Below are positions 1 to 14,419 of a stretch of 64,000 nt of DNA, piece by piece. Position 1 is the first letter of the stretch. Each line of letters starts with the position of its first letter. A program made the translations under genes and the position numbers. The stretch lies in the NCBI RefSeq assembly GCF_009914755.1, contig NC_060938.1. One strand, given 5' to 3'. The notes below the pieces were generated by a model that was not told where the DNA came from, made no database searches, and saw only the letters and a list, made by a program, of their open reading frames with translations. This DNA comes from the human T2T-CHM13v2.0 reference genome, Homo sapiens.

Positions 1-1194
1 CTACTACATGCTGCCTCATCCCCTGGGACCTAGGTTGCCACTAAGCCCTATTGACTCAGGTTCCTAGATAGCAACAATAGCCTACTCCCCAGCCCCAAAC
101 GTCCAGGGGCAACCCTTCTTCTCTGGAGTCAGGCCAGAGCTGTGCCCTGCCCGCCAGGGGCAGAATCATAGCTACAACTCAGCCACCTGAACCCAAGCTG
201 CTAAGGGGTACCCAAAGTCACAGACCCTGGCTCTGTGGACAACCTACACTCAAAACTACCACAGGAAAAAAACAAGCACCCCAAGACCCAGGTGCCACAA
301 TGGGTTCACAAGACCCTTAGCCTAGGACCCTGGCCCCACATCCACTCTAAGCACCTGTACCAGGAACCCGGTGCTGCAGTAGGCCTTCTTGAAGGCCATG
401 TCAGATTTGACACAAAGAGGGATCTCCCTAGGCTATATCTTCCCATTGTGGAGAAAATAAGAATAAGGAAGACACTAAAAGCCCTTAACACTGAATATTA
501 GCAAACTATGCCACCACCACCACCACTTCCACAAACTTCTGTGGACTACGTAACTGAGGCACCCACAGTTACTGCTCGCCCTGAAAGCACCTGAAGATGC
601 TGCATGGAAACTATACCACTATACCTATTGAAAAAGTCACCACACCCTTCCCAGCTGGCACACTAAAACCCAACTGCAAATGAAAGACTTTTTCTATGGA
701 AACCAGAAAGATTGGAAGAAAGAATAGTTCTACCAGGTGCACAGATTCATGCAGGCTTACAAGAAACACAAAAAAGCAAGCAAATATAACACCGCCAAAG
801 GAACATAATGGGTCTCTAGTAACAGACCCAAATGAAAAGAAAATCAATGACCTGCTGGAAAATAAATGCAAAGTAATTATCTGAAGGAAATTCAATGAGA
901 TATAATAAAAAATATATACAGACAAGTCAACAGAATCAGGAAAACAATTTATGATATAAATGAGAAATTCAGCAGAGTTAGGAATCATAAAAAAAAACAG
1001 AAATCCTACAGTTGAAGAATTCAATAAATGAAATAAAAATGCAATAGAGAGCTTCAATAACAGACTTTGTCAGGCCGAAGACTTTCTGAACTTGAAGATA
1101 GGTCATTTGAAATTACCCACTCTGAAGGGGAAAAAAAGAAATAACAATGAAAAAGAATGAAGAAGGCCTGTAAGACTTACGAGCCATCATTAAG
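1..1194 (+). mobile_element. Old L1M-type LINE, 5' UTR plus ORF1 N-terminal part (left half, split by a younger L1)
   Basis: Degenerate ORF1 remnants (QANITPPKEHNGSLVTDP..; AAGAATGAAGAAGGCCTG). The sequence resumes seamlessly at 5731. Confidence 0.75.
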
Positions 1195-1203
1195 TCAACA
1201 AAT

Positions 1204-4200
1204 TTTTTTATTATACTTTAACTTCTGGGGTACATGTGCACAACGTGCAGGTTTGTTACATAGGTATACATGTGCCATGTTGGTTTCCTGCACCCATCAA
1301 CTCGTCATTTACATTGGGTATTTTTCCTAATGCTATTCCTCCCCCAGCCCCCCACCCCACAACCCCCCGACAGGCCCCAGTGTGTGATGTTCCCCTCCCT
1401 GTGTCCGTGTGTTCTCATTGTTCAACTCCCACTTATGAGTGAGAACACACGGTGTTTGGTTTTCTGTCCTTGTGCTAGTTTGCTGAGAATGATGGTTTCC
1501 AGCTTAATCCATGTCCATGCAAAGGACATGAACTCATCCATTTTTATGGCTGCATAGTATTCCATGGTGTATATGTGCCACATTTTCTTTATCCAGTCTA
1601 TTATTGATGGACATTTGGGTTGGTTCCAAGTCTTTGCTGCTGTGAATAGTGTCGCGATAAACATACATGTGCATGTGTCTTTATAGTAGAATAATCTATA
1701 ATCCTTTGGGTATATACCCAGTAATGGGATGGCTGGGTCAAATGGTATTTCTAGTTCTAGATCCTTGAGGAATCTCCACACTGTCTTCCACAATGGTTGA
1801 ACTAATTTACACTCCCACCAACAGTGTAAAAGTGTTCCTATTTCTCCACATCCTCTCCAGCATCTGTTGTTTCCTGACTTTTTATGATCACCATTCTAAC
1901 TGCCATGAGGTGATATCTCATTGTGGTTTTGATTTGCACTTCTCTAATGACCAGTCATGGTGAGCATTTTTTCATATGTCTATTGGCTGTAATAAATACC
2001 TTCTTTTGAGAAGTGTCTGTTCATATCCTTTGCCCACTTTTTGATGGGGTTGTTTTTTTCTTGGAAATTTGTTTAAGTTCTTTGTAGATTCTGGATATTA
2101 GCCCTTTGTCAGATGGGTAGATTGTAAAAAATTTTTTCCATTCTGTAGGTTGCTTGTTCACTCTGATGGTAGTTTCTTTTGCTGTGTAGAAGCTCTTTAG
2201 TTTAATTAGATCCCATTTGTCAATTTTGACTTTTGTTGCCATTGCTTTTGGTGTTTTAGTCATGAAGTCCTTGCCCATGCCTATGTCCTGAATGGTATTG
2301 TCTAGGTTTTCTTCTAGGGTTTTTCTGGTTTTAGGTCTAACATGTAAGTCTTTAATCCATCTTGAATTAATTTTTGTATAAGGTGTAAGGAAGGGATCCA
2401 GTTTCAGCTTTCTACTTATGGCTAGCCAGTTTTCCCAGCACCATTTAATAAATAGGGAATCCTTTCCCTGTTGCTTGTTTTTGTCAGGTTTGTCAAAGAT
2501 CAGATGGTTGTAGATGTGTGGTATTATTTCTGAGGCCTCTGTTTTGTTCCATTGGTCTATATATCTGTTTTGGTACCAGTATCATGCTGTTTTGGTTACT
2601 ATAGCATTGTAGTATAGTTTGCAGTCAGGTAGCGTGATGCCTCCAGCTTTGTTGTTTTTGCTTAGGATTGTCTTGGCACTGAGGGCTCTTTTTTGGTTCC
2701 ATATGAACTTTAAAGTAGTTTTTTCCAATTTTGTGAAGAAAGTCAGTGGTAGCTTTATGGGGATAGCATTGAGTCTATAAATTACTTTGGGCAGTATGGC
2801 CATTTTCATGATATTGATTCTTCCTATCCATGAGCATGGAATGTTCTTCCATTTGTTTGTGTTCTCTTTTATTTGGTTGAGCAGTGGTTTATAGTTCTCT
2901 TTGAAGAGGTCCTTCACATCCCTTGTAAGTTGGATTCCTAGGTATTTTATTCTATTTGTATCAATTGTGAATGGGAGTTCACTCGTGATTTGGCTCTCTG
3001 TTTGTGTGTTATTGGTGTATACGAATGCTTGTGATTTTTGCACATTGATTTTGTATCCTGAGACTGCTGAAGTTGCTTATCAGCTTAAGGAGGTTTTGGG
3101 CTGAGACAGTGGGGTTTTCTAAATATACAATCATGTCATCTTCAAACAGAGACAATTTGACTTCCTCTTTTCCTATTTGAATACCCTTTATTGCTTTCTC
3201 TTGCCTGATTGCCCTGGCCAGAACTTCCAATACTATGTTGAATAGGAATGGTGAGAGAGGGCATCCTTGTCTTGCACCGGTTTTCAAAGGGAATGCTTCC
3301 AGTTTTTGCCCACTCAGTATGATATTGGCTGTGGGTTTGTCATAAATAGCTCCTATTATTTTGAGATACATTCCATCAATACCTAGTTTATTGAGAGTTT
3401 TTAGCATGAAGGGCTGTTGAGTTTTGTCGAAGGCCTTTTCTGCATGTATTGAGATAATCATGTGGTTTTTGTCGTTGGTTCTGTTTATGTGATGGATTAC
3501 GTCTATTGATTTGCATATGTTGAACCAGCCTTGCATCCCAGGGATGAAGCCCACTTGATCGTGGTGGATAAGCTTTTAGATGTGCTGCTGGATTCGGCTT
3601 GCCAGTATTTTATTGAGGATTTTTGCATCAATGTTCATCAGGATATTGGCCTAAAATTCTCTTTTTTTGTTGTGTCTCTGCCAGGCTTTGGTATCAGGAT
3701 GATGCTGGCCTCATAAAATGAGTTAGGGAGGATTACCTCTTTTTCTGTTCCTTGGAATAGTTTCAGAAGGAATGGTACCAGCTCCTCTTTGTACTTCTCA
3801 TAGAATTCGGCTGTGAGTCCTTCTGGTCCTGGACTTTTTTTGGTTGGTAGGCTATTAATTATTGCCCCAATTTCAAAGTCTGTTACTGGTCTATTCAGAG
3901 ATTCGACTTCTTCCTGGTTTAGTCTTGGGAGGGTGTATGTGTCCAGGAATTTATCCATTTCTTCTACATTTTCTAGTTTATTTGCATAGAGGTATTTATA
4001 GTATTCTCTGATGGTAGTTTGTATTTCTGTGGGATCAGTGGTGATATCCCCTTTATCATTTTTTATTGCATCTGTTTGATTCTTCTCTCTTTTCTTCTTT
4101 GTTAGTCTTGCTAAGAGTCTATCTATTTTGTTGACCTTTTCAAAAAACCAGCTCCTGGATTCACTGATTTTTTTGAAGGGTTTTTTGTGTCTCTATCTCC

Positions 4201-5721
4201 ATCAGTTCTGCTCTGATCTTAGTTATTTCTTGCCTTCTTCTAGCTTTTGAATTTATTTCCTCTTACTCCTCTAGTTCTTTAAACTGTGATGTTAGGATGT
4301 CGATTTTAGATCTTTCCTGCTTTTTCTTGTGGGCATTTAGTGCTATAAATTTCCCTCTACACATTGCTTTAAACGTGTCCCAAAGATTCTGGTATGTCGT
4401 GTCTTTGTTCTCATTGGTTTCAAAGAACATCTTTATTTCTGCCTTCATTTCATTATTTACCCAGTAGTCATTCAGGAGCAGGTTGTTCAGTTTCCATGTA
4501 GTTGTGTGGTTTTGAGTAAGTTTCTTAATCCTGAGTTCTAATTTGATTGCACTGTGATCTGAGAGACAGTTTGTTGTGATTTCTGTTCTTTTGCATTTGC
4601 TGAGGAGTGTTTTACTTCCAATTATGTGGTCAATTTTAGAATCAGTGCGATGTGTTGCTGAGAAGAATGTACATTCTGTTGATTTGGGGTGGAGAGTTCT
4701 GTAGATGTCTATTAGGTCTGCTTGGTCCAAAGCTGAGTTCAAGTCCTGGATATCCTTGTTACTTTTCTGTCTTGTTGATCTGTCTAATATTGACAGTGGG
4801 GTGTTAAAGTCTCCCATTATTATTGTGTGGGAGTCTAAGTCTCTTTGTAGGTCTCTAAGAGCTTGCTTTATGAATCTGGGGGCTCCTGTATTGGGTGCAT
4901 ATATATTTAGGATAGTTAGCTCTTCTTGTTGAATTGATCCCTTTACCATTAAGTAATGGCCTTCTTTGTCTCTTTTGATCCTTGTTGGTTATCAGAGACT
5001 AGGATTGCAACCCCTGCTGTTTTTTGCTTTCCATTTGCTTGTTAGATCTTCCTCCAAATGTTTATTTTGAGCCTATTTGTGTCTTTGCATTGAGATGGGT
5101 CTCCTGAATACAGCACACCGATGGGTCTTGACTGTCCAATTTGCCAGTCTGTATCTTTTAATTGGGGCATTTAGCCCATTTATATTTAAGGTTAATATTG
5201 TTATGTGTGAATTTGATCCTGTCATTATGATGCTAGCTGGTTATTTTGCCCATTAGTTGATGCAGTTTCCTCATAGCATCAATGATCTTTACAATTTGGC
5301 ATATTTTTGCAGTGGCAGGTACCAATTATTCCTTTCCATGTTTAGTGCTTCCTTCAGGAGTTCTTGTAAGGCAGGCCTGGTGATGACAAGGCTCCCAGCA
5401 TTTGCTTGTCTGTAAAGGATTTTATTTCTCCTTCATTTATGAAGCTTAGTTTGGCTGGATATGAAATTCTGGGTTGAAAATTCTTTTCTTTAAGAATGTT
5501 GATTATTGGCCCCCACTGTCTCCTGGCTTGTAGGGTTTCTGCTGAGAGATCCACTGTTATTTTGATGGGCTTCCCTTTGTGGGTAATCCGACCTTTCTCT
5601 CTGGCTGCCTTTAACATTTTTTCCTCCATTTCAACCTTGGTGAATCTGACGATTATGTGCCTTGGGGTTGCTCTTCTGGAGGAATATCCTTGTGGTGTTC
5701 TCTGTATTTCCTGAATTTGAA
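1204..5721 (-). mobile_element. 5'-truncated L1PA7/PA8-like LINE-1 (ORF1 C-terminus, fragmented ORF2 EN/RT, 3' UTR)
   Basis: Minus-strand ORFs 5354-5728 (ORF1), 4263-4949 (EN), 3009-3554 ([11 protein letters not shown]) and 1422-1793 (C-terminus). Poly-T tail at ~1203. TSD TCAACAAAT at 1195-1203 and 5722-5730. Confidence 0.95.
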
Positions 5722-5730
5722 TCAACAAAT

Positions 5731-6145
5731 ATTTTTATCATCAGAGTCCAGAAGAAGAAGAGAAGGGAAAGAGGATAGGAAATTTATTTAATGAAATACT
5801 AGCTGAAAAACTTCCCAAATCTGTTGAGAGATATAGACATCCAGATCCAGGAAGTTCAAAGGTCTCCAAATGTATTCAACCCAAAAGATCCTTCCCAATT
5901 TGTCAAAAGTTAAAGACAAAGAATTATAATAACAGCAAAAGAAAAGCATCAAGTCACATACAAGGAAGTCCACATTAGACTAGCAGTAGATTTATCTGCA
6001 GAAACCTTAAGGCCAGAAGGGAAGGGAATGATGTATGTAAAGTGCTGAAAGAAAAAAAAAATGCCAACCAGAAATACTATATGCAGCAAAGCTATCCTTC
6101 AGGAATGAGGGAGAAATAAAGCCTTTCCCAGACAGACAAAAGCTG
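5731..6145 (+). mobile_element. Old L1M ORF1, right half
   Basis: ORF1-like remnants (..NLFNEILAENFPNL.., ..YAAKLSFRNEGEIKPFPDRQKL), continuous with the sequence left of 1195. Confidence 0.8.
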
Positions 6146-6179
6146 AACTCCAGCTTCTTAGCCTTCTTTTCTCTTTTCA

Positions 6180-6552
<373 letters not shown>

Positions 6553-6700
6553 AAGAACATAAGGTGGTAGTGACAGCAACGACAGAATACCAAGGTTAGT
6601 CTCCATGTCCACTGTATTCTTTGCACAACCCCTACTATCTTGTATTTTTGTGAGATGATCAGGTGACCAAGTTTGTTTTCTTTTCTACTTTATTCTGTAG

Positions 6701-6799
<99 letters not shown>

Positions 6800-7399
6800 T
6801 AGTCATTCACATCTACAGATATTCCTAGACACCTATCCTGTTAAAACACAAACTTATATATAATCTTCCTTGGTTATGACTGATTTTGTAATTATTATAC
6901 ATTTTTCTTTTTGAAAAGTTAGATGAGTTAAGTTATTCCTAAACAGTATAGCAAAAGTTAAAAAATAACTATTAGAAGTTTACTTATTTTATTGAGCCAT
7001 ATTTTCTAGATAAACATTTAGAATGTCCACATATCATTGACTAATGTCCTGTAATAAATCTGGAATTACAGAAGATTTGATATGTTTGTTCAACCAATAA
7101 GTTCTGAGTATAACTTTGTAGGAAAAGGAGGAGATTCTAGCTATACCATCTTGAAATGTGAGATGAAAGCCCAATTTATAATTTGATTCTCTGTAGCCTC
7201 TACCATACGCTAGTTATTGGTAAATTTGAAGGGCAGAGAAATCAATATTGATAATGCAGAGTTCTACAGTAACCTTCACTAGACTTTAAACTGTTATTCC
7301 CAACTTCCCTACTCATATTTTGCCTAATTTTTGATGTGACTCCAGAAAAGTTGTAGTACTCTTTAAACAAAGATCCTACCAAGTGAAAACGTCAACTAA

Positions 7400-7570
7400 C
7401 AGCGACTAAGTTCATGGGCTTTGCCATCAGAGAGAACTGCATTCAAACTGGCCACCAACCTACTTAGCAGGACCCTAGGCAAGTTACCTAAAAATTTTTT
7501 GAGTCTTGTGAGAATCAAATAAGGTGTTTAAGTAAAGTGCCTAGTACTTTGGCACTCAGTAAAGAAATGG
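7400..7570. mobile_element. MIR fragment
   Basis: MIR core-like motifs (ggcaagttacctaa; gtaaagtgcctagtac..ggcactcagtaa). Confidence 0.6.
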
Positions 7571-7910
7571 TAGCTGCTACCATTATTGTCATTATTATTT
7601 TAATACTTTTTTTAAAGCCTCCCTTTTCAGACACGCATAACATTTCAGCCTGAATTGAGAAATTCTATGGCATTTTGCATAATGCTATAAAATCCTGGTT
7701 TTACTCTTTCAAGCAAGAATTTCTAATGTTTATTTTTAAAGTTTGAATGAGAAGGTGGTAGGATATAATAGCATGGCCACCTGAAAAAGGTACTGGAAAG
7801 TTTGATCATCCCTTCTCCTCTTGAAGACCCGCATTTCTGTCTGTTTACATTTTGAAAAGGTCTACAAGGGCCCAACTGTATACGCCATGATGCTTATGCT
7901 GCTGTAATAA

Positions 7911-8060
<150 letters not shown>

Positions 8061-8925
8061 TGGTCACCAGCAGGAGAAAGCTTTGATGCATGTCCACATA
8101 TCATTGACTGTATCCTGTAATATGCAACGGCACAGCTAGTTTTCCCGATTTGGATAAAAGTTGATCTGTATAGTCAACATCTTGAACTATATTTCAAATG
8201 AATTTAAATATCTTTTAAAGAAAAAAACACCTAAAAATAAATCTTAACAGAAAATTCTGTTCTGATTATATCAAGGCAAATTTTTCCTTTCTTGCAAATT
8301 GCTTTGTGTGTTCAATGCTAGGTCTGATAGCGATAGCTTTTAGTAGACAGCGGTAGGTGCCTGCAGAACTTGTGTTTTTCTCATCTTTAAAATACAACTA
8401 CTTATGCTCTTAAATCAAGGCTGTCTGCTTATTTATACTAGCGTAGGCAACACTTGGATTTCCCTTCTTAGTATGCTTCATAACTGCTTTACAGAGAGCT
8501 TTTGCTTGTTCTTTCTCATGTATCTCGTGTTTATGTGCACAGTGCCAAAAGAAGACTGACTGGGTGGAGGCTCTGCCTTGCCTCAAGAACCATCCCCTGC
8601 AGAGCATCCAGGGAGGTTTCTCGCCCCAATAGCCTCACGGCACAGTACTCTTGGGCAGTAACTGGACACCTTTTATTTGAAGAAACAAACTGAAGAAAAA
8701 ATGCTTCCTTAAGTGCTGACAGCCTTTTTAACCAATACATTTAAAATTGTACAGAACAAAAAAATAAAATCAAAGACTGATCTTGTACAGATATTAGTGT
8801 TACCAGCATTCATGTGGAAATCAAGAGCAAAGACAAAATAATGTTAAACAATTCTGTACCATAACATTTTCTGTAATGATACTGAAACTTAATGAATAAA
8901 AAAATTCCTTGATCATTATTTAAAA
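8061..8925 (+). other. GPHN: GPHN 3' UTR
   Basis: Repeat-free sequence after the stop. AATAAA at 8236, 8763, 8895 and 8994; the 8895 signal is followed by a GT-rich element (atgtgttgg). End is approximate. Confidence 0.8.
8895..8900 (+). terminator. GPHN: Likely main GPHN polyadenylation signal
   Basis: AATAAA with upstream TGTA motifs and downstream GT-rich sequence. Confidence 0.7.
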
Positions 8926-9964
8926 ATGTAATGTGTTGGCCTCGTTATTTAAAGAGAGAAGATTGTCATGCCATTCTGATAGGGTTCTGCCTGAATAAAA
9001 GAAATGGTTAAGATGGCCTACCAAGAATATTTAAAATATGGTATATTGTAACTCTGTATCTTACTACAATATGTGGGGAAAAATGTGATCATAGCATTAT
9101 GATCTGTAGTGTGTGAAAATACAGATGAGAAGGAAGGAGAACCTGCAGTTGGTCTCGTCTTTCCAGTCATAGCTGGAGAATAGCAAGCAAATTTAGAGGA
9201 AGGGTACTAATGACTTAGAAAAAAAATAATTCTTATTTTAGACGCCATAAAATCCAATTTCAAACATCTACAGTTCTTTGAAATGGAGAAAAAAATAAGC
9301 AATGAAACAAAAAATTACAGATGAGCGCCTCGAAATTTTTAACCGTGTTAGAAAGGAAGTGAGAAATGGCAAAAAATATCTGTGCTGACCATAGAAAACA
9401 CAATAGGTAAAATATACTGTATCCACAATGGATCCTTTAATAAAAACTTAGGGGCACTTTTCAAATGGTGGTAACAGGAAGATGTTAAATATACTGTAAA
9501 ATGTGCTCAGGAAAGCAAACTACAAAAATTGGCCTACTAGTAAACAAAATGTCAAGGGATGGTAAATAAAGGCAAAATAGTAAACAAATATTTGATACTG
9601 ATATGTGATATTTTCATTCATATTTACAGTTGAAGAAGATAAGGTTAGTTAATAGAGGTCAAATGAAAGAGTATGCAAATAATCCTTTTATGTACATTCA
9701 TTCAAGAAATATTTGTTAAGCATCTATTATGTGCTTGGGTACAAAGTATATCATGCTACTATTTACAAACATGAATAGGGCAGAGCACCTGACCTTACAC
9801 TTCATTAGGGAGATAACAAAATGCAAGCAAATAACCACGATATTTAATATATTTGATAATATATAGTAGAGTGTATAGAATGTGATAAATGCCATAATAC
9901 AGATTTTAAGGGTTGGAAGAATTCAGATGAGATTTCAAGGAGTAAGATGGCATGTTAGTGGGTC

Positions 9965-10133
9965 TTTTTTTTTTTTTTTTTTTGTAGAGGCACAGTCTTG
10001 CTCTACTGCTCAGGATAGAGTGCAGTAGCATGGTCCTAGTGCACTACAGCCTCGAACTCCTGGCCTCAAGTGATCCTCCTGCATCAGACTCCGAAAGTGC
10101 TGGAATTACAGTTGTGAGACACCATGCCCAGCT
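9965..10133 (-). mobile_element. Alu monomer (FLAM/AluJ fragment)
   Basis: Poly-T followed by a single Alu arm. Confidence 0.8.
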
Positions 10134-10671
10134 GATGCTATTGGGTCTTGAAGGAAGGTAGAATTTTGAAGATGATAGCACAGGAAAAAGAGTATTCCAA
10201 AAACAGAGAATGACAGGTAATTAATGATAATTATTTTATTATAGGATAATTTCTATACCTGTAATATAAGAAGAACAACAATTATAGGGGTGTCGTGGAA
10301 ATTAAACATATGAAATGTGCTGAGAGCAGTGCTTGTCATGTATTAAGCTCCACAAAGGTAGAGATTTTTGTTTATTTTGTTCACTCCAGTTATCCCCAAA
10401 TTCCTAGAAGAGTCTGGCATATGTGCATATATGCAAGCATCAGTAAATATTTGCTCAATAAAACACATTATGTAGAACTTACTGTAGGCCAGGCATTGTC
10501 CTAAACACTTTACATATGTTCAATTTTCACAACCCTATAAGCATTGTTTTTCCTGTATTATAGATGAGGATACTGAGGCACAGAGATTAAGAAACTTGTC
10601 CATGGTCACATAGATAGTAGGAGAGAGAGCAAGGATTCAAGTTTAGCAATCTGACTCTACAGTCTATATTC

Positions 10672-11246
<575 letters not shown>

Positions 11247-11374
11247 CTACAGTCTATCTTCTTTAAGTTACAGAAACAAAATAGGTATAAGATGTTTGTA
11301 AGACTGAAAAAGTACTGATTTAAGGCCCAAAAGTTATTAAAGTTATTAAAGTTAATTTGGTATTAAAGTTCTTA

Positions 11375-12230
11375 AATACCAAATTAAGAGTCTAGATTTA
11401 TTCTAGAGACAATAAAACCATTAGAGATTCTTGATCAGGGACGTATCATGATCAGAGATATCCTTTTAGGGAAAACGCTTTGGCAGCCTTGAGGCAGATA
11501 AACTAGAATGGAAAGAAACAAGTGAGAGACACCAGTTAAGTTATAGCAATTGTGCAGGTGAGGGGGTAGAGGTGATGGTGATGGTGATGGGAACGTCCGA
11601 ACAGATGGATACGTCTCTGGAGAGAAAAGAATGGAAAGAATTTTATGTCTGATTTCAAGTTTTGGAAAGAAAGTTATAGAAGGGAGAGATGATTCAAAGT
11701 CTCCCCTCTTGGCTGACTGAGAAAATGTTAAACGTTAATAAAAAGAAGGAAAAAAATGAGTTTTATGGAGGAGTTGAGTTTGGGCATGTGTTTGAGATGC
11801 CAGGAGTGCTAAGATAGACATGTCCCATTGGCATTTGAAAGTACAGGTTAGGGGTTCACAGAAGAGTTACTGACTGGATACAACTTTGGGAACCATTCAC
11901 ATAAAGGTGGCATCTGAAATGCAAGGGTGGATGGAAAAGATTATCAAGAAAAGTCTTGCCAAGAGAAGAGGACAGGCCTTGGGGTGTTGGAGGAAAAAGC
12001 CATGAATGGCATGAGGGGAAAAACAGTTTGTAGAAGAGAAGAGAAGGGAGTGCAGGGTCCCACAAATCAAGGAGGAGAGTCTCAAGAAGGATCAACTGTA
12101 AATGCAAAAGAAATACCAAGAAGGATGAAGGCTCAAAAAGCCTTATTGATAAGGCAATTATTTGTGAACTCTTAAGAGTGCAATTTTAGTAGTGGGTTAA
12201 GAGCAAAAGCCAGATTACAAAATAGAAACT
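11375..12230. mobile_element. Degenerate L2
   Basis: Purine-rich L2 motifs (gagtttgggcatgtgtttgagatgcc, tttgggaaccattcacataaagg). Confidence 0.6.
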
Positions 12231-13446
12231 GTGAACATGAATTCTTCAGAATTTGTGTGTGAAAAAAGAAAGACACAAAATAGTAGCATGAACTGATAAC
12301 AAAGTAGAGGGAAGATTTGTTCGTGGGTTTTGAAAAAGAAACAACAGTGGTGGGCATGTTAACAATGCAAGAGTAGTATCCTAAAAGGAGAAAGAAGAGG
12401 AAAGAAGGGCTGGATTTAAGGACCCTGGTGGCCCAATGTGGCTGGGAAAGAAAAGGGGCATTTTTCCTTCTGAGTTAGAAAAGGGAGAAGATGTGAACAC
12501 ACTTTAAGTGAAAACAAGGAAAATGTCCTTTAAATGTTAAAGTTCAACAAAATATTTCTACTTGGCACGGTGGACATCAATTTCATCTAATCTATTTGCA
12601 TTTATTTGACAAATTATATAAGAAGCATGTTACAAGTCTTTTTTGTCAGTAGTTGATACTTACATAAAAGGCTATAGAAGATGTTTTCAAGTTTTCATTT
12701 ATAGCTGTGTAAAAAAGTTAAGCAGTTCCTTTTAACCAGATTTTTTGGTTCTATGTTTGGTTGTTTCAAATCATATCAGAATGAAAAAAATAACATAAGC
12801 AGGTGATGTTTATCAAGTAAATGTTTGGTGATGTTGCATGTTACAGCAGGTGGATTCTTTTGGATGGCTTTCATATTTAAAATTATTTGCTAATCAACAA
12901 AATTTTGTAGATCTAACCTGTTAGCAATTCTTGATCTTCATGAAACCCTAACAATGTAAGTAATTATCATTCCCAATTATAGAAAGTGGGGTAAGGGGTT
13001 ATGTAAGTACAGAATTCAAAGTAAATAAACTGTATGTCTTGTATTCCAATGATGATGGGTCTACATTAAATAATGCATTGCATTCTGACATGTTTATAAG
13101 AAGCATTATGCTTGACTCTCTGTGTTATGTTGTTACAGAATTCATCAATAACTTGGCCTAGAACCAAAAAGTTAAAGACTTGCTCAATCCTGTCCATTTC
13201 GTATGGCCAGCTACCAGTATTTCTCCTGCAGTCTTTTGAAATAATTCATTTTATTTAACAAGCATTTCTTAAACTCCTACAGTATGCCAGGCTCCATGTT
13301 AGGCACCGAGAATACAATGATGAATGAGAGTCTCAGATATCTAAGTGAAGGAGAGAGATTATGAGAAAGGAAAACAATTTAAATGCAGGTTAGGAAAAGT
13401 ATATGAAGAACATGCAGTGACGTGTTAGACAGTGACTGGGTGGAGG

Positions 13447-13950
13447 CCTAAATCAGATTCAGTGGTTGTGTCAGGATCCAGCCATTTAAAAAGAGGCAGA
13501 AATCACACTAAGTATTTCAACAGAGAGACTTCAATGCAGGAATATGTTAAATAGGTGTTGGAGGCCTAGAAAAAAAGCACAGAGGAAACACAGATATCAG
13601 AGACAACTAGAGGAAGCAACTACCACAACTAGGGCTGGGGAGTTGGGAGGGATAGGTTAGGGGAATCACAGCTTAGAAGCTCAGAGGTCAGACCCGATGG
13701 AGCCAGGACTCAGCCCTCTGACGAGAGGGCGCTGCCCAGTTGCTGATTCTGAGAATGTCAAAAACAAAAAACAACCAAAATGCAGGCTAGAACCAGTTGC
13801 TGTTGCCCAGGTGACACTGACAGAAACAGCAGGTCAACTAGAGGGAACACAAGTCTCTTCTTCCCTCCTATTTTCCAACCTCATCTGGTCTAATGCAACC
13901 TATTATTGAACCTAACAGCCAGCTGGAGAGAGAAATGTAGTTTGCAGAGC
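13447..13950. mobile_element. Ancient ERVL/MaLR-type LTR remnant
   Basis: tgtgtcaggatcc.. start and general LTR-like composition; family not resolved. Confidence 0.35.
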
Positions 13951-14419
13951 TCCAGCAATTCAATGCAGAGTATGCCGTGGTGCATTTGCAGCCGAGAGAC
14001 AATCAATGACCAAGTGATTGAGAAACAGCTCTCTAAACAGGTGCGTCTGAGCTGGGTTCTGAAAAACGAAAATAAGCCCACATGTGAAGAGCTAGGAGAT
14101 GAGCATTTCAGACAGGAAACGGCTTAAAGAATGCAACGTCAGGAAGGAGGCAGAAATATGATGAGGGAGTGGTGTAAGTGGTCTGAAATATAGTTGGAAA
14201 GAACTGAAGCCAGGATGGAGCCAGATCGTGCTCACAAATATACAGGCTCTTGAGGTTAATGCTAAGTATATACACACACCTTATGATACATGACACATAT
14301 TCTAAAAGCATTAGGAAGGTACTGAAAATTTAAAAAATAAAAAAATCATTTACTAAACAGTTGAATACAAGGCACCATGCTAACCAAGGGTTCCTGCAAA
14401 CAAGCACCTCATTCTTTCT

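Noticed and set aside
8410-8740. Short ORFs in the GPHN 3' UTR
   Set aside because: Under 70 aa, on both strands, with no recognisable homology; expected by chance.
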